From Bacillales bacterium (lineage in GTDB: Bacteria; Bacillota; Bacilli; JARBTR01): a stretch of DNA of 64,000 nucleotides. The notes under the pieces were generated by a model. That model was not told where the DNA came from, did not search any database, and was given only the letters and a program-made list of their open reading frames with translations. Below, in pieces: positions 39,480-50,492 of the stretch. A program made the position numbers and the translations under genes. Location of the stretch: assembly GCA_029240105.1 (NCBI GenBank), contig JARBTR010000002.1:268394-332393 (forward strand). Reading direction: 5' to 3'. The stretch's first letter is position 1; every line of letters starts with the position of its first letter.

Positions 39480-39615
39480 TATTTTTCCCCCTCAACATTC
39501 TAAGAACATGCTTCAAATGTTTCATTATAATCAATGTTTACTTTAAAATTCTATTCGTGAAATCAAGAGTTAGACCAAGCCAATTAAATACTGTTTAGAT
39601 AACTTCATTCATTTT

Positions 39616-40413
39616 TTAGAAAACAAACGGTTGGTCATCATTAATTAAGATTCGTTCTATTTTATTTGCCAATCCCGTTTTTTCGTTGATATCAATGATA
39701 ACACCACTAAGAACAGCTCGTCCTATTGTAGTTACCTCAAATTTTTGTGGTAAATACGTAGTGAATCTTTTCAAAATAATATCCTTATCCATTCCAATAA
39801 CGGAATCATACGGTCCAGTCATACCAACATCGGTAATCATTGCTGTTCCTTTTGGAAGAATTCGATTGTCAGCAGTTTGGATATGTGTGTGGGTTCCTAA
39901 AACTGCAGAAACTTTACCGTCTAAATACCACCCCATTGCTTGTTTTTCACTTGTAGCTTCCGCATGAAAATCAACAATAATATAAGATGTTCTCTTACTC
40001 ACTTCTTTAATAATTCGATCTGCATGCTGAAACGGATCTTCACAAGGATTCATAAATGTTTTTCCAATTAAATTTACTACAGCAATTTCAAATTGGTTGT
40101 ATTTTAAAAATTGAACACCCTTACCTGGCGTACCTTGAGGCAAATTTTCAGGTCGAACAAGGTATTTCGCGTCATCAATAAAATCAAAAATCTCTCGATT
40201 GTCCCAAACATGATTTCCCATCGTAATAGCATGAACACCATTTTTTAAAAATTCTCGATATATTTTCTCTGTAATGCCTTTCCCAGATGCAGAATTTTCA
40301 CCATTCACGATGATAATCTGCGGTGCATACTTTTCTTTAAGTTTTGGCAGATTCTCATACAGGGTTTCACGCCCTAGAGATCCAACAACATCACCTATAA
40401 ATAAAATTCTCAT
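39616..40413 (-). CDS. ymdB: YmdB-family metallophosphoesterase (2',3'-cNMP phosphodiesterase)
   Basis: 265 aa. MRILFIGDVVG...GNH motifs (TIGR00282 family). Downstream of rny as in B. subtilis. Confidence 0.85.
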   Translation of the reverse strand: MRILFIGDVVGSLGRETLYENLPKLKEKYAPQIIIVNGENSASGKGITEKIYREFLKNGVHAITMGNHVWDNREIFDFIDDAKYLVRPENLPQGTPGKGVQFLKYNQFEIAVVNLIGKTFMNPCEDPFQHADRIIKEVSKRTSYIIVDFHAEATSEKQAMGWYLDGKVSAVLGTHTHIQTADNRILPKGTAMITDVGMTGPYDSVIGMDKDIILKRFTTYLPQKFEVTTIGRAVLSGVIIDINEKTGLANKIERILINDDQPFVF

Positions 40414-40729
40414 TTCTATACCCCAAAAATCTGCAATAAACTATCAAACATGTGTAGTTCCATTTTCTTTTCATGCCTTTAAAACATATAAAAAACTTAG
40501 AAATTTTCCAAAAACTAAAATTTAATTAAGATTTTACCAAACATTAGTATATGATACTAGTTTTAAGCCTTCTATAAGAAATTCATTCGTCATTGTCTAT
40601 TTATTTTTTTCATAAAGGCTCTGTTTAGGTTTAATGTTGATTTTTTAATCAGAACAGAAATGCCATGTTGTTAATTGGTAAAAATCAAATTTATCTACAG
40701 CAAATTTGAACAGAGCCTTCATTAAAGAT

Positions 40730-40749
40730 AAAAAAACAAGAGAGTTTTC
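40730..40749. terminator. Bidirectional terminator after rny (ACAAGAGA-gttt-TCTCTTGT)
   Basis: A7 upstream and T6 downstream, 20 nt after the rny stop. Confidence 0.6.
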
Positions 40750-40768
40750 TCTTGTTTTTTAAAATTTT

Positions 40769-42328
40769 TTACTTTGCATATTCTACTGCACGAGTTTCTC
40801 GTATTACCGTTACTTTAATATGACCTGGATACTCTAATTCATCTTCGATACGTTTACGAATATCTCGCGCAAGTCGATGAGCTTCTAAATCATCAATTGC
40901 ATCAGGGCGAACAACAATACGTACTTCACGTCCAGCCTGAATTGCAAAAGATTTTTCAACGCCTTCAAATGAATCTGAAATATCTTCAAGTTTTTCTAAA
41001 CGACGAATATAATTCTCAAGTGTTTCACTTCTTGCGCCAGGTCGTGCAGCTGATAAAGCATCTGCTGCAGCAACAACTACTGAGATGATTGATGTTGGTT
41101 CAACGTCTCCGTGATGTGAAGCGATTGCATTACGAATAATTTCGTTTTCTTTGTACTTAGCTGCTAATTCAGCACCAATTTCAACATGGCTTCCTTGAAC
41201 TTCATGGTTTATTGCTTTCCCTATGTCATGCAATAACCCAGCTCGTTTCGCAATATTGACATCAAGTCCTAATTCACCAGCCATTAATCCGGCTAATTGA
41301 GCCACTTCTATTGAATGATTTAATACATTTTGTCCATAACTTGTACGGTACTTTAATCGACCTAAAATCTTAATCAAATCAGGATGAATACCATGTACAC
41401 CAACATCAAATGTAGCTTGTTCGCCCACTTCACGGATGTACTCATCCACCTCACGGCGTGATTTGTCAACCATCTCTTCAATTCGTGCAGGATGGATTCG
41501 TCCATCTTGAACTAATTTATCAAGTGCTAGTCGAGCAATCTCTCGTCTAATTGGATCGAAACCAGATAGTATTACTGCTTCTGGTGTATCATCGATGATT
41601 AAATCAATTCCAGTTAGTGTTTCTAAGGTACGAATATTACGGCCCTCACGACCTATAATCCTACCTTTCATCTCATCATTTGGTAAATTTACAACTGACA
41701 CAGTCGTTTCAGCAACATGATCTGCAGCACAACGTTGAATTGCAGTTGACAAAATTTCTTTTGCCTTCTTATCGCCTTCTTCTTTTGCACGAGTCTCAGC
41801 TTCTTTAACCATTACAGCTATATCGTGTGAAAGCTCTTCTTCAATTTTGTTTAAAATATAAGTTTTTGCTTCTTCACGAGTCAAGCCGGAAATTTGATGC
41901 ATTTTTTCTTCTTGTGCATGCACAAGCTCTTCCGCTTTGCTCTTTAGTGTTTGAACTTCCAGTTGTTTAGAAATGAGTTCCATTTCTTTATCCACTAAAT
42001 TTGTTTCACGTTTATCAAGGCCTTCCCCCTTACGATCAAGGTGTTCCTCTTTTTGTAATAAACGTTGCTCTTGTTTTTGAACTTCAGCACGACGTTCTTT
42101 AACGTCTTTCTCAGCATCATTACGCAATTTATAAATTTCGTCTTTTGCTTCTAAAAGTGCTTCTTTTCTTAAAGAATCAGCTTCTTTTTGTGCATCTTCG
42201 ATAATACGTATGGCTGCATTTTGTGCACCACCAATTTTCGATTCAGCAATGGATTTTCTCATTAATACACCAATTACTAGTCCAATAATTAGCGCTGCAA
42301 AAGCGGAGATGATGATTTCAATGCCCAT
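40769..42328 (-). CDS. rny: Ribonuclease Y
   Basis: 520 aa from [20 protein letters not shown] (N-terminal TM helix), then a coiled coil, KH domain and HD domain (LLHDIGKA). RBS GGAGGTG before the ATG at 42328. The ORF-track extension to 42424 lacks an RBS. Confidence 0.9.
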   Translation of the reverse strand: MGIEIIISAFAALIIGLVIGVLMRKSIAESKIGGAQNAAIRIIEDAQKEADSLRKEALLEAKDEIYKLRNDAEKDVKERRAEVQKQEQRLLQKEEHLDRKGEGLDKRETNLVDKEMELISKQLEVQTLKSKAEELVHAQEEKMHQISGLTREEAKTYILNKIEEELSHDIAVMVKEAETRAKEEGDKKAKEILSTAIQRCAADHVAETTVSVVNLPNDEMKGRIIGREGRNIRTLETLTGIDLIIDDTPEAVILSGFDPIRREIARLALDKLVQDGRIHPARIEEMVDKSRREVDEYIREVGEQATFDVGVHGIHPDLIKILGRLKYRTSYGQNVLNHSIEVAQLAGLMAGELGLDVNIAKRAGLLHDIGKAINHEVQGSHVEIGAELAAKYKENEIIRNAIASHHGDVEPTSIISVVVAAADALSAARPGARSETLENYIRRLEKLEDISDSFEGVEKSFAIQAGREVRIVVRPDAIDDLEAHRLARDIRKRIEDELEYPGHIKVTVIRETRAVEYAK

Positions 42329-42594
42329 CAGACACCTCCAAAAATATCTTTTCTCTTTTTTTTCGGTTTTTAACCATTCAAATACTTTAATAATATAAAA
42401 ATCTGTAATGGATATTTTATCCAATTACCCAACATAAAAGAAGATTATACAGACCTATTTTAAGTTATGCATCCAAAGAATGTCAAGAAAGCGTCAGATT
42501 ATAATGGGTTAAAATATTTTAAAAATTCAATATTATCAAAAAAATAGGATTTTTAAATAAAAAAGCGCATCCAAAATCGATGCGCAAATCGTTC

Positions 42595-43623
42595 TTAACC
42601 TTCTAATCCTACACTATTTTCTACACTTTCATCTGAATCAATTCCGTAGGCTTCACGTATTTTGTTAGAAATATCTTGGAAAATTGCTGGATTTTCTTTT
42701 AGGAAAACTTTTGCATTTTCACGACCTTGACCTAGCTTATCACCATTGTATGAATACCAAGCACCACTTTTCAATACAATATCCATTGCACTGCCTAAGT
42801 CAAGTACTTCTCCTTCTTTAGAAATACCTTCACCATACATGATATCAACTTCAGCTACTTTAAATGGAGGAGCCACTTTATTTTTAACAACCTTAATCTT
42901 TGTTTTATTACCTACCATCTCATCACCAAGTTTTAACTGTTCACCTCTTCTAACTTCCAAACGCACAGATGCGTAGAATTTGAGGGCACGACCACCTGGT
43001 GTTACTTCTGGGTTTCCAAACATAACGCCAACTTTTTCACGAATTTGATTAATAAAGATAGCGAGAGTTTGTTGTTTGTTGATAGTACCAGAAAGTTTTC
43101 TCATCGCTTGTGACATTAAACGTGCTTGTAAACCAACGTGACTATCTCCCATATCTCCTTCAATTTCTGCTTTTGGTACTAGAGCAGCAACAGAGTCAAC
43201 AACGATAATTTCAACAGCACCGCTTCGTACAAGAGCTTCAGCAATTTCCAGTGCTTGCTCTCCAGTGTCTGGTTGTGAAAGTAAAAGCTCATTAATATCT
43301 ACACCTAGCTTTTGTGCATAAACAGGATCTAATGCATGTTCAGCATCTATGAAAGCTGCGATTCCACCTCTAGACTGAACTTCAGCAATTGCATGCAATG
43401 CAACAGTTGTTTTACCAGAGCTTTCTGGGCCGTAGATTTCAATAATACGTCCTCTAGGATATCCACCTACACCAAGTGCAGCATCTAGTGCAAGAGATCC
43501 ACTGGAAACAGTAGCTACTCGGCGCTCTGTGTGTTCTCCTAGTTTCATGATCGAACCTTTACCAAATTGTTTTTCAATGTCCTTTAACGCTCTTTCAAGA
43601 GCAGCTTTGCGGTTGTCGTTCAT
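42595..43623 (-). CDS. recA: Recombinase RecA
   Basis: 342 aa with Walker [10 protein letters not shown] and L1/L2 loops. Confidence 0.95.
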   Translation of the reverse strand: MNDNRKAALERALKDIEKQFGKGSIMKLGEHTERRVATVSSGSLALDAALGVGGYPRGRIIEIYGPESSGKTTVALHAIAEVQSRGGIAAFIDAEHALDPVYAQKLGVDINELLLSQPDTGEQALEIAEALVRSGAVEIIVVDSVAALVPKAEIEGDMGDSHVGLQARLMSQAMRKLSGTINKQQTLAIFINQIREKVGVMFGNPEVTPGGRALKFYASVRLEVRRGEQLKLGDEMVGNKTKIKVVKNKVAPPFKVAEVDIMYGEGISKEGEVLDLGSAMDIVLKSGAWYSYNGDKLGQGRENAKVFLKENPAIFQDISNKIREAYGIDSDESVENSVGLEG

Positions 43624-43868
43624 TTCTATTCCTCCAAAATTAGTTCAACATGTATTTATAAATTCAGTGAAATTTGTTGAATTTCATAAATCGTTTCAAA
43701 TCCCAAAATTATTATAACGTGTACTTTTTATAAAAACAAGAAAAAAATCGAACATTCATTCGTTTTTTTGGAACAGTTGAATGGTCGATTTTTTATATAT
43801 GAGTTCTTTTTTTCGATAAAAAATAAGAATTCTCTGCTAGATTTTAATTTTCTCATCTTCTGAAACAA

Positions 43869-45104
43869 TTATTTCAATTGTTGTATTAAAAGGTGATATG
43901 CGTTTTTAACACTTCGTATTCTATTTAAATCCCTATTATTTCCTAAAGTGAGGTGTATGGCGATTGATTCTTTTCCTAAAATAGAAATCCCAACATAAAC
44001 AGTACCAACAGGCTTTCCTTCTAACTCTTCTGGACCCGCAACACCTGTAAAACTTATTCCAATATCGGTACCGAATTTTTCTCTAACACAATCAGCCATT
44101 TCAATTGCACATTCGTTACTTACGACCCCATGAGCCATTATTGTCGCTTCCCTTACATCAAGAATGGTGATTTTGGCCTCATTTGAATAGGTGACAACTC
44201 CACCTTTAAAAATGTTACTGGCACCAGGAATACTTGTGATTTCTTGTTGGAACAATCCGCCTGTAAGGCTTTCCGCAGCAGAAATTGTTAGGTTCTTCTC
44301 CTTTAATGTTAGAAAAACTTTCTCCAAAAGGGTGGTTTGATTATATCCGTAAAAAAAGTTACCTAATCTATTTTGAATTTGTTGTTCCGTTTTATCTAAT
44401 AACGACTTTAGAAAATCATCATCAGATCCATTTGCAGTGAGTCGCAACGTTACTTCACCATCATTTGCTAATGGAGCGATTGTTGGATTGGTTTGTCCTT
44501 CCAACAAATCAAGAATTCGAGTTTCTAGCTCTGCTTCTCCAATACCAAAAAAACGTAAAACCCTTGAAACTATTTTACCCTTAGACTCTAGTAAATGATT
44601 TAAATAAGGAATTACACTTTCTATCACCATTGGTTCCATTTCACTTGGTGGCCCCGGTAAAAAAATATATGTTTTACTAGTATTTCTGTATGCAAATCCA
44701 GGTGCCATTCCATACTTATTTGTAAATACAGTTGATCCTTCAAAAACGGTTGCTTGTTTTTTGTTATTTTCAGTCATCAAACGATTTACTCGTTTAAAAT
44801 AATCTTCAATACTTTTGAGAGCCTCATTAGAATAAACAAGTTTGCATGTTAAATACTCTGCAACTGTTTCCTTTGTCAGATCATCCTTCGTAGGTCCTAA
44901 ACCTCCAGTAAAAATAATAATATCAGCTCTAGACTCAGCTATTTTTACAGCTGATAAAAGCCTTCCTGGATTATCTCCTACTACAGTATGAAAAAATATA
45001 CTGATACCCATTTCAGCTAGTTTTTGAGATAAAAAACGGGCATTCGTATTCACGATCTGCCCTAGTAAAAGTTCTGATCCAACAGCAATAATTTCAGCGT
45101 TCAT
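43869..45104 (-). CDS. cinA: Competence/damage-inducible protein CinA (MocF-like NMN deamidase domain + CinA C-terminal)
   Basis: 411 aa, MNAEIIAVGSELLLGQIVNTNA... Confidence 0.85.
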   Translation of the reverse strand: MNAEIIAVGSELLLGQIVNTNARFLSQKLAEMGISIFFHTVVGDNPGRLLSAVKIAESRADIIIFTGGLGPTKDDLTKETVAEYLTCKLVYSNEALKSIEDYFKRVNRLMTENNKKQATVFEGSTVFTNKYGMAPGFAYRNTSKTYIFLPGPPSEMEPMVIESVIPYLNHLLESKGKIVSRVLRFFGIGEAELETRILDLLEGQTNPTIAPLANDGEVTLRLTANGSDDDFLKSLLDKTEQQIQNRLGNFFYGYNQTTLLEKVFLTLKEKNLTISAAESLTGGLFQQEITSIPGASNIFKGGVVTYSNEAKITILDVREATIMAHGVVSNECAIEMADCVREKFGTDIGISFTGVAGPEELEGKPVGTVYVGISILGKESIAIHLTLGNNRDLNRIRSVKNAYHLLIQQLK

Positions 45105-45125
45105 AGACAGAAACCTCTTATTAAA

Positions 45126-45701
45126 TTATTTTGAGTTTAAAAATGCTTGACGGTTTACCCAGAAAACATCCCAACCTGACCATAGTGTAAAAATTAATGC
45201 GACATACATGGATATTTGGTCCATAGGTAAGTGAATTGCTTCAAACGGAACATTATTTAGCAAACAGATACAAACAGCAACAATTTGAACCCATGTTTTA
45301 ATCTTACCCAACATAGCAGCAGCCACTACTTCACCTTCACCTGCAAGTACAAGGCGCATACCAGTTACTGCAAATTCTCTCGCGATAATTGCTGCGGTGA
45401 TCCATGTTGAAGCTAAATGTAAATCTACCAGTACGATCAAAGCTGTACCAACCAATAATTTATCAGCTAATGGGTCTAAAAATTTCCCCAAATTCGTAAC
45501 CAGGTTATTTTTTCGTGCAATATAACCATCAACCCAATCAGTTACTGAAGCTAGTATAAAGATAAGCGTCGCAATGAAATGTGAAATTTCTAGAGACATA
45601 CCCCAGAAATCAAATGTACCCCAATCTGGTACTAACATAATAAACATAAAAATTGGAATTAATAAGATGCGTAAAACAGTAATTTTATTAGGTAAATTCA
45701 T
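45126..45701 (-). CDS. pgsA: CDP-diacylglycerol--glycerol-3-phosphate 3-phosphatidyltransferase
   Basis: 191 aa with the CDP-alcohol phosphatidyltransferase motif DxxDGxxAR...G...D (DWVDGYIARK). Confidence 0.85.
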   Translation of the reverse strand: MNLPNKITVLRILLIPIFMFIMLVPDWGTFDFWGMSLEISHFIATLIFILASVTDWVDGYIARKNNLVTNLGKFLDPLADKLLVGTALIVLVDLHLASTWITAAIIAREFAVTGMRLVLAGEGEVVAAAMLGKIKTWVQIVAVCICLLNNVPFEAIHLPMDQISMYVALIFTLWSGWDVFWVNRQAFLNSK

Positions 45702-45722
45702 TTTTTTCCCCTTGATTCAGGA

Positions 45723-46595
45723 CTAAGAACCAAACTTAATGGTAACTGTTTGTGTTACATTTCCCGTGTTATTTGCATTAAATGGAATCTCTTCTCCATT
45801 TATAAAAATTTGTGTCTCTACAGATTTACCAGTAACAATTGTTGCTTCTTGATTTCCAGCCAAATCAAATTCCTTGAATTCAGGCGCTTTAAGAATTCCT
45901 TGGAATAGCGATTCACTATTTTGTTTTTTTACGCTAATCCAAGCTGAACCTGTAGACGCAATTTTCAACATAAATTGACTAGCATTCTTTACTTCAAAAA
46001 TAGAGCCGCGTGCATCAGTCGAAACTTGTGTCACGGTTTGTTTTGGTACTTCTACTGTTTTTTCTTCTTCTTTATTACCAGTGTTTTCTTCATTCTCTAC
46101 TTTTTCTGTTTCGTTTTTCTTATCTTTATTTTTTGTATTCTCTTCAATAAACACTGGCCCAGAATCATCATTCTTAGTGTTTTTGTCTGTGCCATTAAAA
46201 TCATATTTAGAAATAAGGAAGTAGATAAAAACAGAAACAGCAATGGTAAATAAAATTAAAACTATTTTAGGTAACACCTCTAACCATTTCGAATGGTTGA
46301 TCGGTATTGATCTCTGGGTTTGAACACGAGAAAATGAAGTAACCTCTTCGCTCTTTTGACTACTTTGAAGTTGCATACCAAATTCATTGAGTAATGCCTC
46401 AACATTTAACCCAACTGCTTCTGCGTATAATTTGATAAATGCACGAACATAAAATTTTCCAGGGAGTAAATCAAAATCATTTTTCTCAATTGCAATCAAA
46501 TATCTTTTTTGAATCTTGGTATGTTCCTGAAGTTCATCAAGAGACATGCCTTTCTCTTCTCTTGCTAGACTTAGGACTTGTCCAATGTTTTCCAT
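45723..46595 (-). CDS. rodZ: Cytoskeleton protein RodZ (YmfM-like; HTH + TM + Lys/Glu-rich linker)
   Basis: Start at MENIGQVLSLAREEKGMSLDEL (ATG 46595, RBS AGGAAGGTG), then a TM helix and a charged low-complexity region. The ORF-track start at 46670 overlaps ymfK. Confidence 0.75.
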   Translation of the reverse strand: MENIGQVLSLAREEKGMSLDELQEHTKIQKRYLIAIEKNDFDLLPGKFYVRAFIKLYAEAVGLNVEALLNEFGMQLQSSQKSEEVTSFSRVQTQRSIPINHSKWLEVLPKIVLILFTIAVSVFIYFLISKYDFNGTDKNTKNDDSGPVFIEENTKNKDKKNETEKVENEENTGNKEEEKTVEVPKQTVTQVSTDARGSIFEVKNASQFMLKIASTGSAWISVKKQNSESLFQGILKAPEFKEFDLAGNQEATIVTGKSVETQIFINGEEIPFNANNTGNVTQTVTIKFGS

Positions 46596-46623
46596 TCTAC
46601 ACCTTCCTAATATGAAATTCTGC

Positions 46624-47391
46624 TCAATAGTCTGGATTTCCGTAAAACATTTGTTGAATGATTTCAACACTATCTATCATTTCATCAGGATAGTTTCGAA
46701 GTTCAATAATATAATCAAAATCCTCTATTTTCACGGATGAATTCTTACAAAAAAAATCAGGATGTTCAATCACTTTGACAGCATCAAGGGCCAAAATTTC
46801 TCTAACTAATTGTTTGTGGCGATCATTTCGGCTTTGACAAGATATGATACCATCAATGATAAAAACATTATTAGAATCAAACTCATCACGCATAAGTGAC
46901 TCTCTTAAAGTTTGTTTGATCATTGTGGATGAAATAAAAATCCAGTGTTTGTTTGCACAAACACTTGCTGCAATAAGTGATTCTGTTTTCCCAGCACGAG
47001 CTGACCCTCTTATACCAATCAACCGATGTTTGTTTTCTTTTAAAAGTTCTGCTAGAAAATCTACTAGAATACCTAGTTCACTTCTTAAAAAACTAAATAT
47101 ACGTTTGTTTTCCTCATTATATTTTATGTACCGTCCATGACGAACTGCTAATCGATCTAGTAACTTCGCTTCACGTAATTTAATCAACTTTATATTTTCC
47201 ATAAGTAATAAATTGGATTCTAAAGTTTCATAAATATCCGATTTATTACATTGAATCAATAGTCCTCGTCGATTGTTACTAACACCATTAATTGTATCAA
47301 TATTTATTGATAAATTTCCTAATAAAGTAGAAATGTCTCCCAATATTCCTGGTTTATCATTTAAAATCTCATATTCTAAGTAATATTCCAT
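46624..47391 (-). CDS. YmfK-like protein: N-terminal ACT-like domain + P-loop (DUF3388-like)
   Basis: 255 aa with a Walker A-like motif GIRGSARAGKTES. Occupies the ymfK position upstream of rodZ. Confidence 0.5.
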   Translation of the reverse strand: MEYYLEYEILNDKPGILGDISTLLGNLSINIDTINGVSNNRRGLLIQCNKSDIYETLESNLLLMENIKLIKLREAKLLDRLAVRHGRYIKYNEENKRIFSFLRSELGILVDFLAELLKENKHRLIGIRGSARAGKTESLIAASVCANKHWIFISSTMIKQTLRESLMRDEFDSNNVFIIDGIISCQSRNDRHKQLVREILALDAVKVIEHPDFFCKNSSVKIEDFDYIIELRNYPDEMIDSVEIIQQMFYGNPDY

Positions 47392-47602
47392 ATATGGTTT
47401 TAGTTATACTCCTCAATATGATAAGTAAAATATGAATCCATTTTCATTAAAAACGATTCCAACTTCATTAAAAGCATTGTAACTACACCGTTACCTTTTT
47501 TCACCATTATATAATCATAAAATAAATGTTTTTTAGATAAAAGAGTTTTTTAAAAAATTAATACAAAAAACCCCGAAATTACAATGAATTGTACAATAAT
47601 TC

Positions 47603-48334
47603 TTATTTTGTATACCATCCACCATTAACACCGATGACTTGACCAGTAATGTAACTGGATTTATCGGATGAAAGGAATAAAATTACATCTGCAATTTCGT
47701 TTGGTTCACCAAGTCTTCCCATTGGGATCTCATCTGAAATATCATGTAGTTCTACAGTCGAAAATCTATTTAACATTTTAGTACGTATTGCTCCTGGAGA
47801 AACAGCATTTACTCGGATGCTAGAAGGCGCTAATTCTTTGCTTAAGGCTTTCACAAAGGAATTTTGTCCCCCTTTTAGAATGGAATAAAGAACCTCACAT
47901 GAAGCACCGACTTCACCCCAAATAGATGTTACAAAAATAATAGATCCCGATTTTTGTGATACCATTTTAGGAACAAGAGATTTAACAAGCAAAAATGGTG
48001 TAGTCAACAGTTGTTGAATGAGCAGATTACTTTCTTCGTCTGTAATATCCGTTATTAACCCATAATGACTCTTTCCATCTGCAAAAACAAGAAGATCAAT
48101 ATCATGAATAGAATCCACGATTTTTTTATAACTAAAAGGTTGAGAAAAATCGGATTGAATTTTTACGACGGCTAAATTGTAATGTCTTAACTCTTCAATA
48201 AGAAAATCCATTGCAATTTCATTCTGATTATAATGTAGATATAAGTTATACCCTTCTTCAGCAAGTTTAAGTGCAATTGCCCTTCCAATATCCCCGCTAG
48301 CCCCTGTTACAAGTGCAAATCTTTTTCTTTCCAT
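47603..48334 (-). CDS. Short-chain dehydrogenase/reductase (YmfI-like, 3-oxoacyl-ACP reductase family)
   Basis: 243 aa with TGASGDIG Rossmann motif and YxxxK catalytic region. Confidence 0.8.
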   Translation of the reverse strand: MERKRFALVTGASGDIGRAIALKLAEEGYNLYLHYNQNEIAMDFLIEELRHYNLAVVKIQSDFSQPFSYKKIVDSIHDIDLLVFADGKSHYGLITDITDEESNLLIQQLLTTPFLLVKSLVPKMVSQKSGSIIFVTSIWGEVGASCEVLYSILKGGQNSFVKALSKELAPSSIRVNAVSPGAIRTKMLNRFSTVELHDISDEIPMGRLGEPNEIADVILFLSSDKSSYITGQVIGVNGGWYTK

Positions 48335-48540
48335 TATTTTTCCTCATTTTTCAAATTCTACTTAAAGAATTATAAAAGAAATTGAGTGGAATGCAAACAA
48401 ATTAAGAAAAACTAATATATTTACTGTTCGTTCATTCACATAGCATGCAAATTTCATTAATGTGCCAAACATTTAAAAAACACATCATTTATAGGATTTA
48501 AGGCCTTAAAAATGATGTGTTTGCTTAAATGTTATTTAAA

Positions 48541-49436
48541 TTAACGTTTACCCTTTACATAAGGAGTTCCAGAAGCTGCAGGTCCTTCTGCTTTGCCTAT
48601 GAATCCTGCTAATGCAAAAATGGTTAAAACATATGGCAAAATGTACAAGACTACTTTTGGAAGTGTTTCAAAGAATGGGAGGTTGTTCCCAACTATACTT
48701 AGAATTTGTGCAAAGCCAAAGAATAATGCTGCTCCCATTGCACCAATCGGATGCCATTTCCCAAAGATCAATGCTGCTTTGCACCACCCAATCCGCCAAA
48801 CATACCACTAATAAAAACAGCAATATAACGCATTCTTGTTACGTTGATACCCATTGTGTCAGCTGCCATTGGATGTTCTCCGACAGCACGTAGACGTAAA
48901 CCAAACGCTGTTTTATAGATGATATACCAAGACACAAATGCTAGTAAAATTGCGATGACAGAAGTCCATGGAATTTCATGAAAAAACAACTTTCCTATAA
49001 ATGGGATATCACTTAAAAAAGGAATACTATTTTTAGTTGAAAAATAATGTTTGATAACATCTGTTTGACCCTTATTGTAGAGAACACGAACAAAGAAAAC
49101 TGCTCCGCCTAAAGCTAGCATATTTAATGCGACACCCGTAACGGTCTGGTCAGCTCTAAAAGATACAGCGGCAACTGCCAATAACAAGGCAAATATTCCA
49201 CCAATGACAACTCCTACAATAAGTGCATACCAATGAGTCATGTTACCAAAAGTTTCTGAAAATTCAAGATTGAATACGATACTTGCTAACGCACCAATGA
49301 TCATGATTCCTTCAAGTCCAATATTGACAACACCTGACTTTTCAGAAAAAACGCCTCCTAGTGCAGTGACAATAAGTGGTGCAGAATAAACTAACATAAT
49401 CGGAACGATTGTTAATAATAATTCGTAAAAACTCAA
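48541..49436 (-). pseudogene. Disrupted nucleoside/BMP-type ABC transporter permease (NupQ/YufQ-like) with an internal out-of-frame deletion
   Basis: The N-terminal 222-aa ORF ends ...GMFGGLGGAKQH* at 48768. Reading resumes immediately in the +2 frame as (A)LIFGKWHPIGAMGAALFFG... for 76 aa more. Homologs carry about 20-25 residues between GGLGGA and AAMIFGKW, so roughly 60-75 nt seem missing with a frame change. Confidence 0.65.
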
Positions 49437-50492
49437 TTATTTCGCCCCCTTTGTGAAAATTTTATCGAGCAAGGTGCGAATCGAATAGTTAGAAGCAATA
49501 AAATAGATGATTAGTGCGATAACAACCGCAACTAATTCAGTTGGTACTTGAGAGTTATATGGCATGTTCAACGAACCAAATTGTAACCCACCAAATAGGA
49601 ATGAAGCTAACACTACACCTAAAGCTGTATTAGCACCAATGAATGCTGTTGCAATACCCGTGAAACCTACGCCAGTGAAGCCACCTTTTACGGCAGCATA
49701 TTGGAATGTACCCAATCCTTCCATTGCCCCAGCCACACCTGCAAAAGCTCCAGAGATTAACATTGCTAAAATAATATTTTTACTAACATTCATACCTGCA
49801 TATTGTGATGCATGATGGTTAAATCCAACTGAGCGTAATTCATATCCCACTTTAGATTTTTCCAGTATAAACCAATAGATGAGCGCCGCAATCAAAGCAA
49901 CTAAAATACCCCAATGCAACCTAGAGAAAGCAGTCCAATCTGAAAATTGTTTCCAAGAAAGCGAAGCCGTTTGGAATACTCTTTCAGATGTGTTTGTTCC
50001 ACCACCTGCAGCCATTTTTTCTTGAATAAACCAATTAGTAACGTGTAATGCGATATAGTTCATCATGATGGTAACAACAACCTCATGTACACGTAAATAC
50101 GCTTTTAAAATACCTGGGAGTAGCGCCCATAGAGCTCCACCAACTGCTGCAGCTAAAATTGCTAAAGGCAAATGTACAACTTTAGATAAACCTTCAAAAT
50201 GAGTGCCTACATATACTGCTGCTGTCCAACCTACAATAAATTGTCCTTCAACACCAATATTAAAAAGTCCTGTTCTAAATGCAAAAGCTACTGCAAGACC
50301 GGACAAAATGAGTGGTGTGATTTTTACAATCGATTCTCCCATAAAGTAAGAATTGCTGAAAATTCCATTAAATAGTGATTGATAACCAAGAATAGCATCA
50401 TAACCACAAAGGATCATTATAATGCCACCAACAAGGAATCCAAGAAGAATAGCAACAATGGGCACCAGAATACTTTTTAAAGTACTATTCAT
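49437..50492 (-). CDS. Nucleoside/BMP-type ABC transporter permease (NupP/YufP-like)
   Basis: 351 aa polytopic membrane protein. Overlaps the upstream ATPase gene by 8 nt. Confidence 0.8.
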   Translation of the reverse strand: MNSTLKSILVPIVAILLGFLVGGIIMILCGYDAILGYQSLFNGIFSNSYFMGESIVKITPLILSGLAVAFAFRTGLFNIGVEGQFIVGWTAAVYVGTHFEGLSKVVHLPLAILAAAVGGALWALLPGILKAYLRVHEVVVTIMMNYIALHVTNWFIQEKMAAGGGTNTSERVFQTASLSWKQFSDWTAFSRLHWGILVALIAALIYWFILEKSKVGYELRSVGFNHHASQYAGMNVSKNIILAMLISGAFAGVAGAMEGLGTFQYAAVKGGFTGVGFTGIATAFIGANTALGVVLASFLFGGLQFGSLNMPYNSQVPTELVAVVIALIIYFIASNYSIRTLLDKIFTKGAK

